A program made the translations under genes and the position numbers. From contig OZ024742.1 of NCBI GenBank assembly GCA_964016885.1, forward strand, positions 235,042,001 through 235,106,000: a stretch of DNA of 64,000 nt. Direction: 5' to 3'. The DNA is from Eledone cirrhosa (Eukaryota). This document shows positions 25,431-39,410 of this stretch, piece by piece (within the stretch, counting starts at the first letter, position 1; the number at the start of each line of letters is the position of its first letter). The notes below the pieces were generated by a model. That model had not been told where the DNA came from. It saw only the letters and a program-made list of their open reading frames with translations, and made no database searches.

Positions 25431-28008
25431 GGATGGAGGCCAGTGAGTGAACGAATTATTACTGCCAGATTGAGCACAAGATTAGCCAAGGTGACCGTAG
25501 TGCAAGTCTACGCCCCGACTGAAGCTGCCTCAGATGAAGATAAGGACACCTTCTTTATCCAACTACAGGATGTCCTAGAGGAAACACCCAGGTCAGACAT
25601 TAGGCTGGTGATTGGTGACTTCAATGCCAAGCTAGATGGAGACAAGAGAGAAATGCATTCAGCCATTGGCCCCCACGGTTCAGCTGATTCCACCAATAAC
25701 AACGGGAAACGGTTGCTGTCAGTGAGCAGTATCAGCAACCTCTCCATCGGGAATACACTCTTCACCCATAGGCGGATTCACAAGATGACATGGACTTCCC
25801 CTGATGGCAACACCAGGAATGAGATTGATTATATCTGCATTGGCACGAGTGGCGTTCCTCTCTCTTGAATGTTCGCACCTACCGAGGGGCAGACGTTGGA
25901 TCTGACCATCATCTTGTGGTTGGAAAAATCCGCTTGAGGTTGAAGAAGAACAAAGCAAATAAGACCAAGAACTACAGCACGCACAGAACCGTGAAGACCA
26001 GTGGCAGATGTTTGCTCAGGCGGTCAGGGTGAGTGCTGATGTAGTTATTGGTAGAAGGGGGACCAACCGGGAACAGTGGATCAGCAGTACTTCATGGAAT
26101 CTCATTGACGAGAGGAAGGATGTTAAGAACAAAAGAGATCAAACCAAAACTCGACAGCAATGGAAGGAAGTGGACAAAGAGTACAGACGTCTTGACAAGG
26201 AAGTAAAGAAGAGCTGTCGAAAAGACAAGCACCAGTGGTTTGAAGATCGGGCTGCAGAAGCACAGGTGGCAGCAGATCAAAATGATTCCAAGACGCTGTA
26301 CCAGATCGTCAGAGAGCTAACTGGAGAATGAAGTGGAAGCAGTTTGCCAATCAAGAGCAAAGATGGTCGGATGCTTGCAGCCAGTGAAGAGCAGGCCCAG
26401 AGGTGGAACGAACACTTTCGTGAGGTCCTCAATCAGCCATCCCCCAACACAGTCTTCAAGCTTGACTGGGAGGAAGCGAGCTTCCGGCCGGATGTACGAC
26501 TAGACGACATCACAAGAGCTGAGGTGGCCAAGGACATCTGCTGCCAAAAGAATAACAAAGCGGCAGGGCTGGATGAGATTCCTGCAGAGCTTCTGAAGCA
26601 CGGCAAGGATGTAATAGAGGAGCAGTTAGCCCATTTATGCAATGTGATTTGGCAAGAAGAGGAGGTGCCGGAGGACTGGGGAAATGGAGTTATTGTGCCA
26701 CTACCGAAGAAAGGCTGTCTCAGCGACTGCAACAACTGAAGAGGGATCACGTTGCTATCAGTGCCAGGGAAGGTATTCTGCACAGTCATCCTGAACCGGC
26801 TGAGAGCAGAAGTAGATCGTCATCTTCGAGACGAACAGGCTGGCTTCCGCAGTGGAAGGTCTTGTTCAGAACAGATCTTCACTCTCCGAAATATCATTGA
26901 ACAATGTCGGGAGTTCCACAAGTCCCTTGTTGTCAACTACATTGACTTCAGGAAAGCTTTTGACAGTGTTCATCGGGAGTCATTGTGGAAGATTGTAAGA
27001 CTCTACGGTGTCCCAGAGAAATATATTAACATCTTCAGGTCGCTGTACCGACATTCCAGGTGCTGCGTTAGGACAAAGGACGGAAACACGGAAATGTTTG
27101 ACATCTTGACGGGTGTTCGACAAGGCTGCACCCTTTCACCTTTCCTTTTCCTCATTGTCATCGATTTCATCATGAAGAAGACAATGAGTGACTCTCGTTT
27201 TGGCATCAGTTGGGATGGAAGTAGATTAAGCGACCTGGACTTTGCCGATGACATCGCAGAGATAGGCCAATCCCGAGAAGACCTGCAAGAGATGACAAAC
27301 GTTCTAAATTACAATGCAGAGAAAGTTGGCCTGCGCATCAGTTGTGAAAAAACCAAGACCATGTCGACAGGTGACCCTCCAAATCCTCCCATCATGGTTG
27401 GTCAGCGTAACATTGAATGTGTAAACCACTTCCAATACATTGGCAGCAACATCTCTGACGATGGGGATGCTGAGGTGGATGTGCGCACAAGGCTGGGAAA
27501 AGCAGCGGCGGTCTTCCAGCGACTCCGTCCGTTATGGCCCAGGTGTTCCATCAGCAACGCTATCAAATTCCGTGTTTACATGTCCATTGTAGTACCAACA
27601 GCGATATATGCCTGTGAGACATGGAAGAGTACGGAAAGTGTATGTAACAAGCTTGATGTATTCCACCGTCGTTGCATTCAGACCATATTGAAAATTTCAT
27701 GGAGAGACCAAGTTAGCAATGAGGAAGTGATGAGGAGGTCAGGATTGGAAAGGAGACGGCGGTTCGCGGGCCACATCCTTCGTTTGCCGGCAGATCGACC
27801 TGCTCATATTGCCATGGATTGGGTACCAGAAGGTGGCAGGAGAGAACGGGGAAGACAACGAAAAACATGGCAGAGCACATTCAGGGAGGACCTGCGGGAG
27901 ATGGGAATTACCTGGAGAGGTGCTAGAAGGGCCGCCAGTGACATGATCAAGTGGAGGAAGCTCGTTGCCCAATGTTCTACAGGGGACTGAAGGAACTAAG
28001 ACTAAGAG
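25412..28008 (+). mobile_element. RTE-like LINE of a distinct, GC-richer family (APE + RT), 5'-truncated, with 12-bp TSD
   Basis: APE motifs (VQVYAPT, GDFNA, NEIDYI) and RT motifs (QAGFR, IDFRKAFD, GVRQG, FADD). The tail is gaactaagactaag. The TSD aatgactgatga occurs at 25275-25286 and 28009-28020. A few stops and deletions are present. Confidence 0.93.
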
Positions 28009-28250
28009 AATGACTGATGATAACTCTCATTTGCAATGCCTTTACCTAATGTAGGTATTTTTTGAAATCAATTATACCTTACAAGGCCTAACTGAAGATA
28101 ATGGAAAACCCAGAGAGGAATTAACAGATATTGTTCCAGGCTCAAGCAAATTCAAAAACTTAGTTATTGGTGACTTCGTAAAGCTAATAAAATGATAATG
28201 ATAATGATAATATACCAATGTAAGGCATTCTTATATTATTGTCTTCACAG

Positions 28251-28377
28251 GACTTATTACTTTTAGTTTTCTATTTGGTGTGGCGGCTAGTTCTTTGAAA
28301 GAAAAAGGAGAACCTTTCCGAATGTTCTTTGAATCAACCAGTCTCATCACAGCTGAAATATTTAAGTATTTGCTCAA
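28251..28377 (+). CDS. SLC1-family transporter, exon B (TM4c-TM5)
   Basis: tcacag acceptor and gtaagt donor; 127 nt. Encodes (G)LITFSFLFGVAASSLKEKGEPFRMFFESTSLITAEIFKYLL(K), similar to EAAT GLVVFSIVFG...GEKG...FF. Confidence 0.9.
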
Positions 28378-30894
28378 GTAAGTAAATAAACTCTTTCTCT
28401 CTAGTCTAATCTATTTTAAACCTTCAGATTTTTCTGCCATTTTAAAGGGCAGTTCAAATTTCAAACATGTCCATTATCTTTGCTTTGTATTTGTGCCTGT
28501 ATATATATTTACACTGGTCTAAAAGTCAATGTCCTCTGTTTTGTGAGGTTTCTTTCTTTTGTTTATCAGTTGAGTTAATGTTATTATTTATTTATAATAA
28601 CCTGTAACTCCTAGTAGACTAGTAGGGGCACTGTAGTAACATACAACATTTCTTGGGCACTTGAAACCTGATGAAGCCTATCTCTCTCCAGTTGATTTTT
28701 TCCAGAGAAGGAGGGAGAGGAAGTGAGAAAGAAGATAAAGGAAGAATTGATCTCAGTGTTAGGCTGGTGCTGTTTTTTATTGACCTCAAAAGGAGGAAAG
28801 GCAAAGTTACCGTGGCAGCATTTTAACAGAGAGAGTATGAATACTGAAAAGCATTGTATCCAATGTTTTAAAGCCTCCACCAAGTCACCACCTTCATTTT
28901 AATATATATATATTTATATTCCTATATTTCTGATAATTGAAATATTATATAACATATATAGGTTTGGCTGTGCAAATGGGAGAAACAAAACTCTGTTCAA
29001 GTCTAGAAATGATCTTGAGTGTTTTACAGTCAAAAATAGCCAATCCACTTTTGCTGTTAGTGCCTATATGTGGCAAGGTCATCCACTTCATTGTATCTAT
29101 TATTGCATCTGGCTAGATTATAATTGAATTGAGAAATGTATGTATTCTTTTTGCAAAACTCCTCCAACTTGAATTTTGTGATCAAAATGACCAGCCAGTG
29201 ATATCTTCAGAAATCCAGTGCTAATTTTTTAGATGGTGACACTGTCAAAATGCTTGTTATTTCTTATATTCTTTTTTTGTGTGTATATGTCACATCCACC
29301 TATCACTAAATTGCACTGAACTAGAGGTGGCCTGTGTAGTTTACCAAAAACAAGTCCTGATTCGTGGTTCATGAGAATTGATGAGCATGTTGATATTATT
29401 GAGTAGCACTAATAGGAATAAGTTGTGAACAACTCACTAATTTGCAATTCACAACATAATCCCTACAGGACTTTATTATAGAAGAAAACAGCTTAAATCT
29501 CTCATAGAGAGATGATACAGCAGCTTTTCCACAAATTAGGCGATTATTCAGCAGGCCGGTAGCTTTTATCAAAGACACACATTCATACATCTCATTTACA
29601 TATATTTATACATATTTTCAAGGTGGCAAATTGGCAGAGTCATTAGATTGTCAGATTAAAAATGTCTTGGTATTTGTTCTGGCTCAATGTGTTCTGAATT
29701 CAAATCCTGTGAAAGTTAACTTTGCTTTTCATCATTTCAATGTTTATAAATAAAGTACCGGTACAGTACTGGGATTCATTTTTTTCCCTCTCACTCTCTT
29801 TAGAAGAAATTGGCTGCATTCCAATCTATAGAGAGATTGGTTTCATTGTCATCATCATCATTTAATATCCGTTTCCCATGCCTGCATGGGTTAGACGAGT
29901 TGTCACGCTATGAGACAAGTCACACCCGGAGACCATGTCTTGCTCATACAGATATGCATTTTGGCTTGGTTTCTATGGATGCCTTTCTTAATGCCAACCA
30001 CATTACAGTGTAGACTGGGTGCTTTTTATTGTGGTACCAAAACAACCACCTAACAGAGTGGACTGGGTGGTTTTTGTCATGTCACTAGTACAACCACCTT
30101 ACAAGGTGGACTGGGTTCCACCAGGTTTTAAATGCCCAAGATATGACTCCATCAGGAGTTAAAAAGGGGCCTTTACCCATACACACTTTGAAATTGTGTA
30201 TAAGACTAGCAAGAAACAGTAGATGATTGTTGATTGTTGAGGTAATTTTTCCAGACTTCCACTTTTGAACAACTTCTTGGGTGTTTAGGGTTTTTTCTAT
30301 CAGACTGCTCTTTCAGTCTGTGCAGTGATATTTTGCTCCGTTGAATCAGTTTGTTTGCATAAACAATTACTGTAGTGCATTTCTATAAAAACTCTGATAG
30401 TAAACCAAATCCATAGGTTTAACTTGAAGAGAAATTGTTCTGGAGAGGTGTTTTTCAACACAGCATAAAAACATAACCTATTTTGAAACTTCTAGTTAAG
30501 AAGCAATTCTCTCACCAATTATCCTACTGCGAATTCTAATCTTTGATTAAAACTGCTAAATTATTACATCAGATTAATGTTCCTTCAGAATTGTTACAGT
30601 GCCAACATTACATTTGTCCCATCACTAAGTGTGGGGTTGTGAGTTGCACACCAGAAGGAACAGTGTGTAGTGACATAACTAAACCCTGCCCCTTCCAATG
30701 CATGACTCACAACCCCTAAGCAAATGTTGCAAGCTTTATTAAACACTTGATTGATAGTATGGTTCAATAGATGTTTAATAATAGTTTCAACTTTCTGATC
30801 AGTGTTTGATGATTATGATGGTGATCATACAACAACAACAACAATGATGGTGGTGATGATGATAATGATGATGATTGTTTCCTTTTCATTGCAG

Positions 30895-31128
30895 AATAAC
30901 TCCAATTGGTGTTGCTAGTTTAATAATGGCAACCATAGCAAGCATTAAGAACATCAACACACTTTTCACCAGTCTTGGAATGTTCAGCCTCACAGTTTTT
31001 GCTGGACTGTTTTTCCATTTATTCATCCTTCAAACTATGGTATACATTATTATTTTCCGAAAAAACCCTTTTATTTTCCTCTTTACCTGCATACGACCAT
31101 ATATTTTGGCCTTTACTTTCACCAGCAG
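30895..31128 (+). CDS. SLC1-family transporter, exon C (TM5-TM6-HP1)
   Basis: ttgcag acceptor and gtaagt donor; 234 nt. Encodes ITPIGVASLIMATIASIKNINTLFTSLGMFSLTVFAGLFFHLFILQTMVYIIIFRKNPFIFLFTCIRPYILAFTFTS(S), with the PxG and RKNP motifs and the start of the HP1 serine tract. Confidence 0.93.
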
Positions 31129-33774
31129 GTAAGTTATAACACTCTTACTGATATGTAATGAAATGTATACACAACATAACTTCTTTCTTTGGTTGTAGCT
31201 ATTTTATTTTATTGAGAAGAAATACAGTGTAAAGTGGTTGACAAACATACTGAGACAATATATAGAAGAGAAGACTCTTTGATCCTGTCAAGGACTTCTC
31301 AACCTCTCTAATTTTGAAGCTGTATAAAAATGCGCCCAGTACACTCTGTAAAGTAGTTTGTGATAAAACAAAGGGAATATATATCTTTCCAAGTACATGA
31401 CACCCTCTCTAGTGCTGGTGCCATGATAAAATACAATATATGAGCAAGACATGATTCTCCGGCCCATCCGATCTCAGAGTGTGACAATTTATAAAAAAAA
31501 AAACAACATGCAACCTTTCTTGTATTGTATCGACACACCAATCAAAAACTTTCTTGATGATATGCTAATATGGTAATCATGTTGTTTACCTTCAATAAAT
31601 CGCTGCAGAAAACATTAATTTGAAGAAAAATTAGCTGTATTTCAAAAAATTACAGCACAAAAACATTTTTTTTTAACATGGCTTCCATTAACAACATCAA
31701 CAACTTCAACAACAACAGCAGCAACAACATTGGTTAATCACTACCATAAACCATTCCGAAAAATGCTTTCAAAATGACAACTTCGTCACCTTCAGCAGCA
31801 ACAACATCAGCGATGTGGCAGCATTATAGTCTTACCGCTGTAACCACCACACCTTCAGATAGCGGAATCACAGCTACAATTACGTCGCCAATGACCCAAC
31901 AACAGATTCAACCTCTTGCTTTCTTTTTAAAGCAATTTTAGCCGTTTTCCTGGCTGTCAAACACTGGAGGGGCCGACAATTTCTTGCCTACCCATCAATT
32001 CCTTGCCAGCACCTGCAAATATTGACTTGCATTTTATGCCCATAGAACAGCTCCCCTGGAGTCGTTGGATCTCTCTTCACCAGAATTAGCAACCGGCAAA
32101 AGCAAATACCTGCCTGTACCCACTACGGACTCTCAGGTTCTCTCTGATACTGCGACAGATTCACCTCATTGTCTGGTCCCACAGACTCATCGTCGAATAA
32201 TCTTTGATTCATCTATACAGCTCTGGTACAACGATTACCATAACAGCTACATCTACACAGCTCTAGTAAAACGATTACCATAACAGCTACACAGCTCTGG
32301 TAAACCACTATCAACAGCATCATCATTGACAACAGCTACTGGTAAAACAATTACCATAACAACTAACAATTAATGTAAGATCAGCAACTTTAACACATTT
32401 TTCGCCCATGTCAGACTTTATTCGTTTTCTATTTGACCCCAGGTGGTCACGTTATAAATAGCAAACAGCTAGTCATTTGACACAGTGGCTTAACACAGGC
32501 CCTGAGCGCCTCATTTACAATTTTCTTCTTGTATGCATTCATTCTTTCGTTCATTTTTTTTCATTGATGTGCTCTTTTTCAGCGTTTTCTTACTGGATCA
32601 ATGCTAATTCAATCTTTTCTTATTTATCGCCCTTCCGGTCTAAACAAGGGGTATTGTAGCAAGCTACTTTCCTTTAGCGCATTGATACCCTGTCCGTGCG
32701 TAATTCGGCTAAGTTAGGCCAATCGTGATATGTATTTTCAACTTCTGCCCAAACCGAGACTTTCCTGCGACTTTTAATAAACTAATTCTTTTGCAATTTC
32801 GACTGTGGTAAGGTAAACACCAATTCTTTTTTTGCTCCGCAAACATTAACCAACATGTAACGACAACAACATAACTGCGGCCTGGCCAGCACTTCAGCCA
32901 GTTAACCATACCTTCTAAACTCTTAATTTGATTATTTCTTTGTTTGGCATGCCAGCCCAGCTTAATCGAGCTCTTAACCTTTGTTAATAAATTATGTAAA
33001 TACATGCTAAAGTCTTGTGATGCTATTTACCACAGCCATTGCTTGAAATGTGATATGGAAAGATTCCAGAGTTATATTCACAGCAGAACAACAGAACATG
33101 AGACTTACAGCCGAACCTCAATTCAACTTACATGTATTGATATAAGAAACCATACAAACCAATTACCAACAAATACATGGTTGTTACATATTATCGTTGA
33201 CATTACTCGCTGCTAAGAGTATTACTATATTGTTAAACTGGTGACTACTAAATTGCTAGAAATAGTGACCTCTGTTGATACACATTACAATACACAAAAC
33301 ACAAATACCAATAATAACTATTATAATAATATTATTTAACTGCTTCACCAGCATGGATGTAAAATAATGATGATGATGATGTATGTGTGTGTGTATAGAT
33401 ATATCATCATCATCAATATATACATGTATATAAATATGGTCTGGTCTCTATCCATCCTCATTATTGAGGGTTGGGGACCATATACAATTGCACCAATGCT
33501 TATATATATGATGGTGTATATCCATGATTCTCATCAAGGAAAAAGTTACATTGGTGGGTCCAAAATCCTTGGCCGACCATCACTCAGAAGTTGGCTACTG
33601 AGCTGCAACTCATCCAACTTCATTACAAGGATGAAGCTGTTGGCCATTCAAAAGGAGTCCCATCTACTCTGGTTTTGAAATCTGAGTGATCTTTCTTCTA
33701 GACAGACTGCAAACATCTATGAACCTCCAAGTGTAGAAGCCCATCTATTTAGCAAGTCTGTCTACATGAGACAG

Positions 33775-34500
33775 TTAAGATTATGAGAGTTGGAAAGGAG
33801 TTCTTTGAGTAATACTTCCTGCATGATAATCAAAAAGTTACAACCAGGGAAATTGCCCAGCAATACTGCAGTGAATCTGTAAACAAAAAGCTGCAAGCTT
33901 ATCAGCAAAAAATCGTGCATGGATATGTTGCCAAGAAGCTCCAGAGTGAGTAATATAGATAAACAAAGTCATCTATCTTGGACCAACAACTGCTATATTG
34001 GCTCTCTCTTTGAAGGATATGCTTCTGCAATCCCAAAACAGGAAATCGATACAAAATACCTGATCCAAAAAAGAGATAAAGATGCAGGCAAAGCACCAAG
34101 ATGTGATAACAAATGCAGACTCTGCAGAATTAACATTGAAGATGTCTTAAGCAGCTGTCCAAAGATGTCATCATGGTACTATCTACTCATGAGGCATGAT
34201 GTAGTGGCCAAAATACTATAAAATGCAATCCATAGAAAAAATAGCTCAGACAATAAACATATTAAAAGTTACAGCTATGTGGAAGATATATACATAATAT
34301 GAAAGAGTACTGGTGGAATGTTGCAGTCAAAGCCCCAATAAAATGCAAGCCTAAGAGACCAGATATAATGATATGGGACAGGGAAAAGAAGGCATGCACT
34401 GTAGTGGAAGTCATATGCCCAGCAGATGCCAATATAATATTAAAGATTTGCAAAAAGGAGAACATCTATGCAGAACTAATGAGGAATCTGCAAATACTCC
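33775..34500 (+). mobile_element. R4/Dong-like non-LTR retrotransposon C-terminal fragment (restriction-like endonuclease)
   Basis: AIPKQEIDT, a decayed Zn knuckle CRLC...SSC, RHD, and KRPDIMIWD...VVEV motifs, interrupted by stops. Confidence 0.8.
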
Positions 34501-35641
34501 ATATCTCTGTATTCTGAGTTGAAATCCTGTTGAGGTCAACTTTGCCTTTCATCCTTTCAGGGTTGATAGAATAAAGGGCTTCTCTAGGGTGATGGATCAG
34601 TGAGAAATTATTACATGCCTTTTTTAATTGGTTCTTTACATCTGAATTCTTAGATGTTAGACTTAATTTGTCACCAAGTTTGACATCACCACTTGGAACC
34701 TTCAGTGCCTTCAGTAAAATTCCCTCTGCTGCAAGCATTTAGGCTGGGTCTCCAGTTTGAGGAAAACTTCCTCCACCAGTCCCAGAGGGACTAAAAAATA
34801 AAGAATCGTTGATGTTGTTTATGGAACCTTGATTAAACTATTTTTAAAATATATTCACTTGTGTTTTATTCTGTAATAATTTATCAAAGTCTTTCACCAA
34901 TCATCTGTGACCTGGTCACTGATTCTCTATTCCATTATATCCTAGACAAACTATCAGTTACTAGGTCATAGGGGTGCAACAAAAGACTTAATGGAATATA
35001 ATGCTATTACAAAATATAACAAAAGTGAGTATAACCTGTATATTTTTGTCTTTGAACCTGTAGCAATGGAGACGTCTGGTATTCTTGACTCTTGTGTTCC
35101 CCCCCATTCACTGTTATCGGAGCAGAATAGGCCACCTAGAAGAGTGAGCCACACAAGCTGGAATGAATATTTCAATGTGTCTCTCTCGATAGCCTCTGGA
35201 ATAGTGCTTTCTCCATTCTGTCTGCTGGAACCGGGAAGAAGCATGGGGTTCTGAATACTAGAGGGTGTTCTCCCACACAGTCTGGACTTGAATCATTGGG
35301 GTAGCAATGCTGATTGATATCTATGACATCTGTCCACACACACACGCACATTCACACTTACATGCTGATATACACATACTGATATACACCTATAGTTCTG
35401 TCTTAATTGTCAATTGAATTCTTAAATTCATAAAAGAATTCTAATACTTGTATGTCCATTTTAAATGGTTATCATGTCTCTAGCGGCTGAAAAAAGAAAT
35501 TACACTGACACCCCCCAACCCCAAAAATACTTTAGTAAAGTTAATCACCTCTCTAAATAACTAGTATAAACAATAAAAGAAATCAATATTTATGTCCTCA
35601 TCAATTTTGTTTTTTTTCTCTCTTTTTCCCTCTGATTTCAG

Positions 35642-35836
35642 TTCTGCTGCCTATGCTGAAATGGAATATTCTCTAGTGCAGAAAAATAAAGCAGATAAAC
35701 GAGTGGTTGGAGTATCACTGCCTCTAGTGGTGACATTAAATGCTGGTGGTAGTGCTGTATTTATTGTAACAGCAGCCATGTTCCTAACAAGCTACCAAGG
35801 TGTTCATTTGAATGCTGGCAATGTATCAGCAATTGT
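35642..35836 (+). CDS. SLC1-family transporter, exon D (HP1-TM7-HP2a)
   Basis: Polypyrimidine tract with tttcag acceptor and gtaagc donor; 195 nt. Encodes SAAYAEMEYSLVQKNKADKRVVGVSLPLVVTLNAGGSAVFIVTAAMFLTSYQGVHLNAGNVSAI(V), aligning to EAAT SSATLP...DKRV.RFVLP.GATINMDGTALYEA. Confidence 0.93.
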
Positions 35837-38814
35837 GTAAGCTTCTTGGTCTTTTGGTTTATTTTTTTAGTGAGGATGGTAGGGCAGTTTATCAAATATA
35901 GAAAGAATAATTCTTTCTAATATTGGCACAAGGCCAGCAATTTGGGAAAAGGGTAAAGTAGATTATGTCGACCCCCCACCCCCCACCCCCCAGTTTACCA
36001 ACTCCCAGAAGGATGAAAGGGAAAGTTAACCTAGGTGTATGATTTGAATGTAGAAAGTCACTATTAAATACCACCAAGCATTTTGTCTGATGCTCTACTG
36101 ATACTGCCAATCATAGAAAGAATAATGGTAACTAACAGAACCTGGGAAAATTTCACATTTTCATATTTCTATTTCACTCCACTGTTGAGGTTATTTAAAG
36201 TGTACACAAACTTGTTTCATTATGTTATATATTTCAAGGAGTAGTGGATTGGCAGAATCATTAGAGCATCAGACAAAATGCTTTGTAGTATTTACTTATG
36301 GCCCTTTATGTTCTGATTTCAAATCCCACCAAGGTCAGGCTTACCTTTCATCCTTTTGGAGTTGATAAAATAAAGCACCAGTTAAGTACTAGGGCCAATT
36401 TAATTGACTTGCCCCTTTCCTGAAATTGCTGGCCTCATGTCAATATTACAAAATTTGAAAGAATTATGTTAAATATTTTGATTATGTCTTCAATTTTGTT
36501 CCATAGTTAAGGTTGTTTAGCGTATAACACTGGAACACACAGAAGCCATGATATTTGTTTAAAATATAATCCCATTTGTTCATTTTCTTTCATTTTGATT
36601 TTATATCTTGTCCAAATGAAGGTGTCAGGCCTGGTGGTTAGGGTATTGAGTTTATGATCATAATATCATGAGTTCAATTCCTAAACCTGATGGCACATTG
36701 TGTCCTTGAGCAAATTCTGTTTACTCATCTGAAAATAAGTATCAGCTGTAGCTAGGGGTTAGCCATATGACAGACTGACATCCCATTTATGAAGGGGTCT
36801 TATACTCTCAGTTGCTTAACACTTTCATTACGATATCTCTAATGGACACTGCCTATAATTTTCAAATAATCAGAAATATGAAGGGATTTAGTAAAATAAC
36901 TAATGTGTTCATTATTAAGCTGGTGTGTGGAGCATAGCTATGGTTGAAGGTTTTTAGATAAATAATCTTTATTGCCTAGTTTCCATTGAAGAAAGGAAAA
37001 CGGTAAGATCAATACTTAAATCTCAAAACACACAGGGGGTATATATATTTATTCTCTCTCTCTTTCACTACAGACCTAAGTTTTATTCAGGAACCTAGCA
37101 ACCACATAGTCCCATACTCATTGAATTGGTTGTATCACAACAACTGTAACTATTGAATACTTAGTGTATTCAAGTTTTAAATAACAAATTCATTTCATTG
37201 CATAAAGTATATGTTGATAATGTTCTATTATAAACATGACAGTTTTCAAAGTATGCTATGACATGTTTACATAGTATATATTTCTTCCACCTTTGCAAGC
37301 AGGGAAAAGCAGATGTAAAATGATGATGATGATATAACATTTGCTCTTTGTTTTAATTGTTTCGGGTCAACAATTAAATAGTGTTTGTAGTTGCTGAATT
37401 AGAGGTATATATGAAAACATACAATATGCTTATGTAATAAGCTTGGGATAAGGTGATAAAGGCTGACTTTGCCCAATTGCACCTCTCAAAGGCAATACCA
37501 TAGGACCGGGATCTCTGGCATTACGCACTAATACAAAAGACCCGACTTCCCACAGGCACAGGCCGAAGATAAAGCATATGAATAATATGCACCACCCCAC
37601 CCCACCCACTCCCATACATGCATCCAGTGAAGCCTCCAGCCTACACTGTAAAGTGGCCGTGTTGCTGTCATGGCAAAAAACACCCAGTCCACACTATAAA
37701 GTGGTCATGTACAGCAAAAAGCACCCAGCCCACACTGTAAAGTGGTTGTGTAGGTGTCATGGCAAATAAAACATCTTTAACACTAAGCCAGGATAACAAA
37801 CAGAATCAGGACTTGCTATAACACTGGCTCTTCAATTCTGTTGGCATTACAAATATTTAGTAGTAAAGGAGTTTCTAACATATTCAATGTAGTAAATCAA
37901 TAAATTTTACTTAATTAAAATTACTTTCTTGGGGATGAAAATAATTATCTTAATTACTAACTCTAGTCAATATGGCAGGACAGACAACTCCAAAAATTTG
38001 ATTAACTAAACTTAAATATAGTTTCTAATTTAGGCACAAGGTAGCAAGCAATCTTTGAGGAGATGATGGGAAAGTCGATTGTATCAACTTTATAGGTACT
38101 ATTTTTTATCAAGGTTGACCTTGGCAGAACATAAATAGTTATAACTAAATGTTGCAAAGCAGCTTTTCAAAACTCTTAGGACTCTACCAATCCATCAACC
38201 TTAACTAAAGTTAAATATAAATTGCAATTGGAAATGAGTCTGTTTTGATGTTTTGATGTTATTAGATCTCATCAAGAAAGCATAGTCTTCCCATAACTAC
38301 AAGGTCTTAGAATGACTGGAGAAATATACCTTTTTCATGGATAAACACTAAGTGGTGTAATAACTTTTTCCTACATTGAATTTTTCTTAATCTACATTTG
38401 GTGGGCTAATGCTTGATCTGTTGAGTTATGTACACATTTTCTAAGTACTAGACCTGTTTCATAAGGCATGTCAGTAGAAAAAACATATACCAGCTGACAA
38501 GCAGATCTAGAAAACAAAAATATATCCCCCATGGAGAGCCATGTTAGTAGCTATTGAGTGAAGAATCCCTACAGAGTGCAAAACATGGAGAAACATGGAT
38601 TCTTATTTGTATCAAGGAACACCTGTTGCTAGAATATTCAGAAACACTGAAACAGAAGTTGAACTGTTGTATTGTCAAAGACTTGATTTTTGGTTTCACT
38701 TGTAGAAGATATTATTAGTGGTAGGTGGAAATCAACTCAACCAAAAAGTAATGTAGAAGATATAAAAAAAATGTTAATTAGCTCAAGTAGGAATTGTATT
38801 CACATCACAAATAT

Positions 38815-39410
38815 TCATCATCTTTATCATTTTATGATTGTTTTTCAATGCTTGCATAGGCTGATGGGTCTTTCCCAATACAGCATACCCACACTTGTTA
38901 CATTCCATTGTCATGTCCTTCGCAAGCTTCAGCAATTTGAGATCAGTTCTCACCACCTCTGCCCATGTCTTCCTTGATCTTCTTCTATTGCATTTTCCTT
39001 CCACTAAGATTTCTTGTAACTACTTTACTCAGCAATCATCATCCATATACATCACATGCTTTTATTAGCACAGGCTTCTCTCATCCAAACATTTAATTAT
39101 GCTTATACTCGTTTTTTTTTGTTTTTTTCTCAGGTCATTTATGCTTCATCAATCATGCACATTAACATTACATATCCAACAGAACATGCTCTTTTCATTT
39201 CTCTCAAGCCTCTACACTCATTTCTCATGTCTCACTACCTTGTAGCACACATCACATGCAGGCAACATACAGCTGGCCTTTCGTTTATAGACAGTCCTTT
39301 TGTAAATAGAGTTAGTAACTCCCTAACCCTTTTCCATCCTGTTCATATTCTAGCTTCTAAGCCCTCAGGGCAACCTCTCCCATGCTAATTAAGTCACCTA
39401 GGTAGCAGAT
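38815..39410 (-). mobile_element. Degenerate RTE LINE 3' fragment
   Basis: Minus strand contains CYLGD, GWKRVREL and RSRKTWAEVV remnants. Confidence 0.7.

Noticed and set aside
31678-31900. Possible poly-Q/N coding exon
   Set aside because: It has early stops and no splice context, and the SLC1 exons C and D already join in frame without it.
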